Assembly: GCA_963790475.1 (NCBI GenBank)
Contig: CAWBOS010000006.1
Location: forward strand, 704,001-768,000
DNA: 64,000 nucleotides
Reading direction: 5' to 3'
DNA from: an uncultured delta proteobacterium
GTDB taxonomy: Bacteria; Desulfobacterota; RBG-13-43-22
Shown: positions 59,347 to 64,000 of the stretch, in pieces
How the letters are laid out: every line of letters starts with the position of its first letter
How positions within the stretch are numbered: the first letter of the stretch is position 1
The notes under the pieces: generated by a model
Databases searched by the model: none
Seen by the model: the letters and a program-made list of their open reading frames with translations, nothing else
What the model was told of the DNA's origin: nothing
Program-made: the position numbers and the translations under genes

Positions 59347-60477
59347 TTACGACATGGTTTTTCGAAATCGTTTTGAAGCCGTCCAAAGTACGATCAGACC
59401 CATAACGGCCAAGGCCGCCATATGATGCCAGAGAATAGTCACCCCCACCCCTTTGAGAAAGATGCCCCGAATAATGATCAGGAAATAACGCAGCGGATTG
59501 AGATAGGTCAGCCACTGGATGACCTCAGGCATATTGGCGATAGGAAAGACAAAACCGGAAAGCAACACCGCCGGAAATTGAAAAAAGAAGGCGCTCATCA
59601 TGGCCTGCTGCTGGGTTCGGCTGATGGTGGAAATTAAAAGCCCGGCCCCCAGGGTGGTCATGACATATAGGCCAGTGGCCAAAAGGAGCAGCAAGAGATT
59701 CCCGCGGATGGGGACCTCGAACCAAAAAACCCCGACCAGCGTAATCAGGAGCACATCAATAAAACTGATTAAGGCAAAAGGGACGGTTTTCCCCAAGATA
59801 AATTCCATGGGTGTAATAGGAGTGACCATGATTTGTTCCATGGTCCCGATCTCCTTTTCCCTGACAACGGCCATGCTGGTCAATAACAGGGTAATGAGCA
59901 TGACCAGCAGGGCGATCACCCCGGGCACATAAAAGTTCCGACTCTCCAGATTTTCGTTGAACCAGGCCCGCGTCTCGAGTTCCACCTGGCCGGGAAACGG
60001 GTTTCCACCCGACTGACGGAAATATCGATCGGCCAGGATTTCCCGGGCGTATTGGGCCACAATTTTACTGCTGTAGTTCAGAACTATAGCCGCCGTATTG
60101 GAATCGGTCCCATCCACGATCAGTTGTAAAGGAGCCGTTTCTCCGGTATTCAGAGTTTGACCAAACCCTTTGTTGATGCGTACCAAGGCCTGGACCCGGC
60201 CATGATCCAACAGTTCGGGGAGCTGGCTTTCCCTGTTTATATGTTCCGCGATCTTAAAATAACCGGATCGGACCATACGGTCCACCACTTCCCGGCTCTG
60301 AATAGTGTTGTCCTGATCGTATAAGGCCGTAGACACATTCTTGACATCAGTGGTCACCGCATAGCCGAAGATGATCACTTGAAAAACAGGCATCGCAAAA
60401 ACCATACCCCTGGCCCGGGGATCGCGGAAGATCTGAATGAATTCTTTAATCAGGATTTGTTTGATTCTCTCCCACAT
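59347..60477 (-). CDS. ABC-2 permease (YbhR-like)
   Basis: KEFIQIFRD, DGTDSNTA, VREKEIGTMEQ, LLSGFVFP. Confidence 0.9.
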   Translation of the reverse strand: MWERIKQILIKEFIQIFRDPRARGMVFAMPVFQVIIFGYAVTTDVKNVSTALYDQDNTIQSREVVDRMVRSGYFKIAEHINRESQLPELLDHGRVQALVRINKGFGQTLNTGETAPLQLIVDGTDSNTAAIVLNYSSKIVAQYAREILADRYFRQSGGNPFPGQVELETRAWFNENLESRNFYVPGVIALLVMLITLLLTSMAVVREKEIGTMEQIMVTPITPMEFILGKTVPFALISFIDVLLITLVGVFWFEVPIRGNLLLLLLATGLYVMTTLGAGLLISTISRTQQQAMMSAFFFQFPAVLLSGFVFPIANMPEVIQWLTYLNPLRYFLIIIRGIFLKGVGVTILWHHMAALAVMGLIVLWTASKRFRKTMS

Positions 60478-60479
60478 GA

Positions 60480-61613
60480 TTAGACCAGTTTCTTTTTAAA
60501 TTTTCTATTAGCCAAGATAAACATCAACAAGGCAAAAAAAATCAGGAAAATCCCTTCCGCTGCCAGAACCCTGGGGCCGACACCTTTTAAGTAAATCCCT
60601 TTTAAGAGGGTGACGAAATATTTGGCCGGGATGAAATAAGTAATTCCCTGCAGCACCTTGGGCATACTGCGGATCGGATAAGCAAAACCGGAAAGTAAGA
60701 AGGCCGGTAAAAAGGTAGCGACCATGGCGATTTGACTGGCTAACAACTGGCTTTTGGCAACGATGCTGATCAGCAGACCCAGGGACAAGGTCCCGACCAA
60801 AAAAACGGCGGCCTGGCCGAAGATCAGGGCCGGGTTACCCCGGAGAGGGACATGGAAAAGAAACTCCCCCATCAGGACGGCCAGAAGGACATCAAACATC
60901 CCGATACAAAAATATGGGAACAGTTTTCCAAGGATCAATTCCGGGGCCTTGACCGGCGTGGAAATCAATTGCTCCATGGTCCCTTGTTCCCATTCCCGGG
61001 CAACGGTCAGAGAGGTCAATAAGGCGGCTATCACCATCATGATGACTGCGATGAGTCCGGGGATAATATAATTCCTGGATTCCAGGTCGGCGTTGAACCA
61101 GACCCGGGGCTGGAAGTCAATGGGAGGGTTAAAGGTACGCCCCCCTTTCCGTTGAATTTCTTTCAGGGCGATGTCCTGATTAAAGCGTATAGTGATTCCT
61201 TCGGCATAGCCCATGGCAATGGTAGCCGTGTTGGAATCGCTTCCGTCCATGATCAACTGGAGAGGGGCCTTGCGCCCCGATGCCAGGCGGCCGGAAAAAT
61301 CCGGCGGGATAATCAGCGCGGCCAAAGCCTGGCGGGAGTCAATAGCTTCTTCAACTTCCCGGTAGTTATTCATAAAACCATGGAGAGAAAAATAGCGAGA
61401 GCCCAAGAAGCGGCTGACTATTTCCCGGCTGACCAGGGATCGGTTTTGGTCCCAAATAACCACAGGCACTTTATCCACGTCCAGGGTCAAGGCATATCCG
61501 AAAAGGATCAGCATGATCATGGGCATGGCAATGCCCATCCCCAGGCTTCTCGGATCCCGGAAGACATGAATGAATTCCTTACGGGCCATAGCCCAGGTGC
61601 GCATAAATTTCAT
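60480..61613 (-). CDS. ABC-2 permease (YbhS-like)
   Basis: KEFIHVFRDPRS, DGSDSNTA, AREWEQGTMEQLISTP. Confidence 0.9.
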   Translation of the reverse strand: MKFMRTWAMARKEFIHVFRDPRSLGMGIAMPMIMLILFGYALTLDVDKVPVVIWDQNRSLVSREIVSRFLGSRYFSLHGFMNNYREVEEAIDSRQALAALIIPPDFSGRLASGRKAPLQLIMDGSDSNTATIAMGYAEGITIRFNQDIALKEIQRKGGRTFNPPIDFQPRVWFNADLESRNYIIPGLIAVIMMVIAALLTSLTVAREWEQGTMEQLISTPVKAPELILGKLFPYFCIGMFDVLLAVLMGEFLFHVPLRGNPALIFGQAAVFLVGTLSLGLLISIVAKSQLLASQIAMVATFLPAFLLSGFAYPIRSMPKVLQGITYFIPAKYFVTLLKGIYLKGVGPRVLAAEGIFLIFFALLMFILANRKFKKKLV

Positions 61614-62584
61614 TTCCGAACCTCTTCTTGAGGCTGCTCGGCTCGGTCCCGGGCCTCGATCAGGGAAACAAAGACGTCTTCCAGGGATGGGAGGATTTTC
61701 TCGATCTGAAAAACCTTGAAACCTCGTTCAACCAAAGTCCTTCGTATGTTCTCAACGGCCTTCTCAGCATCCTCCACCACAATATGAATCCCCTTTCCGA
61801 AAAGGGCGGTCTCCCGGACATAGGATAGGTTTTCAAGAAATTCCATGGCTTCCTGGGGCCGTTCGCACAGACATTCCAGAACATCCTCTTTCATCCATTG
61901 GGTCTTCAGTACTTCCGGAGTCCCCAGGGCAATCAGTTCTCCCCGATAAATCAAGCCGATCCGGTCGCAGTACTCGGCCTCATCCATATAATGGGTGGTC
62001 ACAAAAACCGTCACCCCTTTGCCCGCCAATTCATAAATGAGATCCCAGAAGCGGCGACGGCTGATCGGGTCCACGCCGGAAGTGGGTTCGTCCAAAAAAA
62101 TGATCGGCGGTTCGTGGAGAATAGCACACCCCAAGGCCAGGCGTTGTTTCCAGCCTCCGGAGAGCTCGGCTGTTCGCGAATGGCGATGGTCTTCCAGGTC
62201 GGCCATCCGCAGCACCCAATCTTTCCGTTGTTCTTTTTTCTGCTCGGGAATATTGTAGATGCCGCTGTAGAAGTTGATGTTTTCTTCCACAGTCAGATCT
62301 TCATAGAGGGAAAATTTCTGACTCATATACCCGATGTGGGTCTTGATCTTTTCCGCTTCTCGCAAGATATCAAACCCGGCTACTGTACCCGAGCCGCCGC
62401 TGGGGGCCAAAATCCCGCAGAGGATACGGATAGTGGTGGACTTGCCGGCCCCATTAGGACCCAGAAACCCAAAAATCTCTCCTTTTTTTACCTCAAAACT
62501 GATCCGGTTTACAGCCATGAAACTGCCGAAACGCCTTTCCAGATCCTTTACGACGACCGCATTATTATTTCCGAACCCTTCCAT
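61610..62584 (-). CDS. ABC transporter ATP-binding protein
   Basis: GPNGAGKST, LSGGWKQR, LDEPTSGVDP, TTHYMDEAE. Confidence 0.93.
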   Translation of the reverse strand: MEGFGNNNAVVVKDLERRFGSFMAVNRISFEVKKGEIFGFLGPNGAGKSTTIRILCGILAPSGGSGTVAGFDILREAEKIKTHIGYMSQKFSLYEDLTVEENINFYSGIYNIPEQKKEQRKDWVLRMADLEDHRHSRTAELSGGWKQRLALGCAILHEPPIIFLDEPTSGVDPISRRRFWDLIYELAGKGVTVFVTTHYMDEAEYCDRIGLIYRGELIALGTPEVLKTQWMKEDVLECLCERPQEAMEFLENLSYVRETALFGKGIHIVVEDAEKAVENIRRTLVERGFKVFQIEKILPSLEDVFVSLIEARDRAEQPQEEVRK

Positions 62585-62664
62585 AATTAACGGATCATAG
62601 CCCTTTCCTGGTCTTCATGCCGGTGGAATCCGGAATCCGGTGAAAAAAAAGATCTTAGGATTCA

Positions 62665-63645
62665 TCAGGAGTCCCCGCTTTTCTGAGAAAGATCTGTCTG
62701 AGCAAGTCCAATAGGAAGATTATCCATTTGTTGAGATACAACCGATATAAAGACATCTTCAAGAGAAGGTTCAATGGGCCTGATCCCCGCCGAGGAGAAA
62801 CCGGCCTGAGTGATGATCTTTTCAACATTTTGCAAATTTTCATCGGAATTTTCGGTAACCAGGTGGATCCGATCACCTAACAGACCCACCGAATCGCTAG
62901 CATAATGTTCCCTAAGCAGGGCTTTAACCTTCCGTGGCTGGTCGGAACGAATCTCCAGGATCGTTCCCTTCATGAGCTGTTTCATTTCTTCGGGAATCCC
63001 CATGGCCAATATTTTTCCTTTATGAATAAGGCCGATCCTATTACACCTTTCCGCCTCATCCAGATAAGCGGTAGAAATAAAAATAGTCACCTTTTCTTTG
63101 AGCAGTTGATAAAGGATGCGCCAGAAGTCCCTCCGGGAAACCGGGTCCACTCCATTGGTCGGCTCATCGAGGAATAAAACTTCGGGGGTATGGATCAGGG
63201 CACAGACCAGTCCCAATTTCTGTTTCATCCCCCCGGAAAGATTCCCGGCCTGTCTTTTTCTGAAAGCAGTCAGGTTACTGAAACTTAAGAGGCGGTTGAT
63301 TTTTTCTTCCCGCCCCTTTCGGGGGACCCCGTAAATATCGGCATAAAATAAAATATTTTCCATCACCGTAAGATCGGGATAGAGACCGAAACGCTGGCTC
63401 ATGTATCCGATTTTCTCCTTGATGGCTTCCGGGTCTTTGGCAATGGAGTGGCCGGCCACCCAGGCCTCCCCGGAGGTGGGATCGAGGATAGCCGTAAGCA
63501 AACGCATGGTCGTGGTCTTGCCGGCGCCGTCGGGGCCTACCAACCCGAAGATCTCACCCACGGGGATTTCCAGATTAAGGGAGTCCACGGCGGTCAGTTC
63601 CTTGAAGATTTTCGTCAGGTTTTCGGTTTTTATTGCTGCCGACAT
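62665..63645 (-). CDS. ABC transporter ATP-binding protein
   Basis: GPDGAGKTT, LSGGMKQK, LDEPTNGVDP; start set at MSAAIK (63645). Confidence 0.9.
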   Translation of the reverse strand: MSAAIKTENLTKIFKELTAVDSLNLEIPVGEIFGLVGPDGAGKTTTMRLLTAILDPTSGEAWVAGHSIAKDPEAIKEKIGYMSQRFGLYPDLTVMENILFYADIYGVPRKGREEKINRLLSFSNLTAFRKRQAGNLSGGMKQKLGLVCALIHTPEVLFLDEPTNGVDPVSRRDFWRILYQLLKEKVTIFISTAYLDEAERCNRIGLIHKGKILAMGIPEEMKQLMKGTILEIRSDQPRKVKALLREHYASDSVGLLGDRIHLVTENSDENLQNVEKIITQAGFSSAGIRPIEPSLEDVFISVVSQQMDNLPIGLAQTDLSQKSGDS

Positions 63646-63739
63646 TTTAAAGCTTTTCATCACTCTTTTTGAGGGAATAGAGAAAATGTAACAATTTAGG
63701 TTTTGAAACTTTTGCTCTATTAGAAAATCATTAGAACCC

Positions 63740-63934
63740 AAATCCCCTCAATCCCTCTTTTCAAAGGGGGAAGTTTTTCCCCCTCCCTTTGGGAAAGGGA
63801 GGTCGGGAGGGATTTATGAAGGCTTTTTCAATTAAATTAAACTGATGCCGAAGATTTAATATTCGGTATCTATTTTTTTCTTATTCATCGGTCTCTTCTT
63901 CCCCCCCTTTGAAAAAGGGGGTAGGGGGGATTTT
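63740..63934. repeat. Cluster of CCCCCTTT..AAAGGGGG palindromes
   Basis: aatcccctcaatccctcttttcaaagggggaa; ccctccctttgggaaagggaggtcgggagggattt; cccccctttgaaaaagggggtaggggggattt. Confidence 0.75.
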
Positions 63935-64000
63935 TTATTTTGGCTGTTCTGTAATCGTCCGATGAATCACCGACAACACAGCATCTGTTTCAATTAAAAC
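63935..64000 (-). CDS. 3' end of a possible DUF559/Vsr-like endonuclease (runs off window end)
   Basis: VLIETDAVLSVIHRTITEQPK* resembles the DUF559 C-terminal helix; adjacent palindrome type is often found beside such genes (recall). Confidence 0.4.
   Translation of the reverse strand, partial: VLIETDAVLSVIHRTITEQPK

Noticed and set aside
1-64000. CRISPR array, tRNA, rRNA or prophage
   Set aside because: No regularly spaced repeat-spacer array, cloverleaf, rRNA-like segment or phage structural gene was seen by eye.

Overview
64 kb of chromosome from an anaerobic bacterium; gene content (dksA, class III RNR, FprA/rubredoxin, Sec use, intergenic repeat families) suggests Desulfobacterota/deltaproteobacteria, which is an inference. 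Most of it is housekeeping and metabolic: wzm/wzt and a sugar transferase, dksA-moaC-rpoZ, ComM-like ATPase, PBP1A, nrdD/nrdG, ilvE, dapA, dinB-mutY, a PAS kinase with an HD-GYP regulator, corA, ADP-forming acyl-CoA synthetases, a xanthine-dehydrogenase-family trio, a redox/Fe-S cluster, arsenosugar-type genes, a yybP-ykoY riboswitch ahead of a P-type ATPase, an acyl-CoA carboxylase, a Type IIG R-M gene and an ABC/TolC exporter. The best candidate for an undescribed system is a ~1.7 kb cassette (50424-52154) with two paralogous DUF1670-like genes and no recognisable transposase. It is bounded by an exact 8-bp direct repeat (CCCGCCTA), and removing it restores a perfect hairpin, TCCCGCC-TAC-GGCGGGA. 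Both proteins end in an H...H-x7-Y pattern resembling tyrosine recombinase box II, an A_AAA_AAG -1 slippery site could fuse them, and the two host flanks are halves of two different repeat families. Other highlights: an IscS-like protein lacking the PLP lysine next to an IscU with a His-rich/zinc-ribbon tail, a Sec-encoding ArsS with a SECIS-like hairpin, a likely disulfide-driven class III RNR, and a FixL-type PAS kinase inside a rubredoxin-FprA cluster. All family calls are from motif recognition; no database searches were run.
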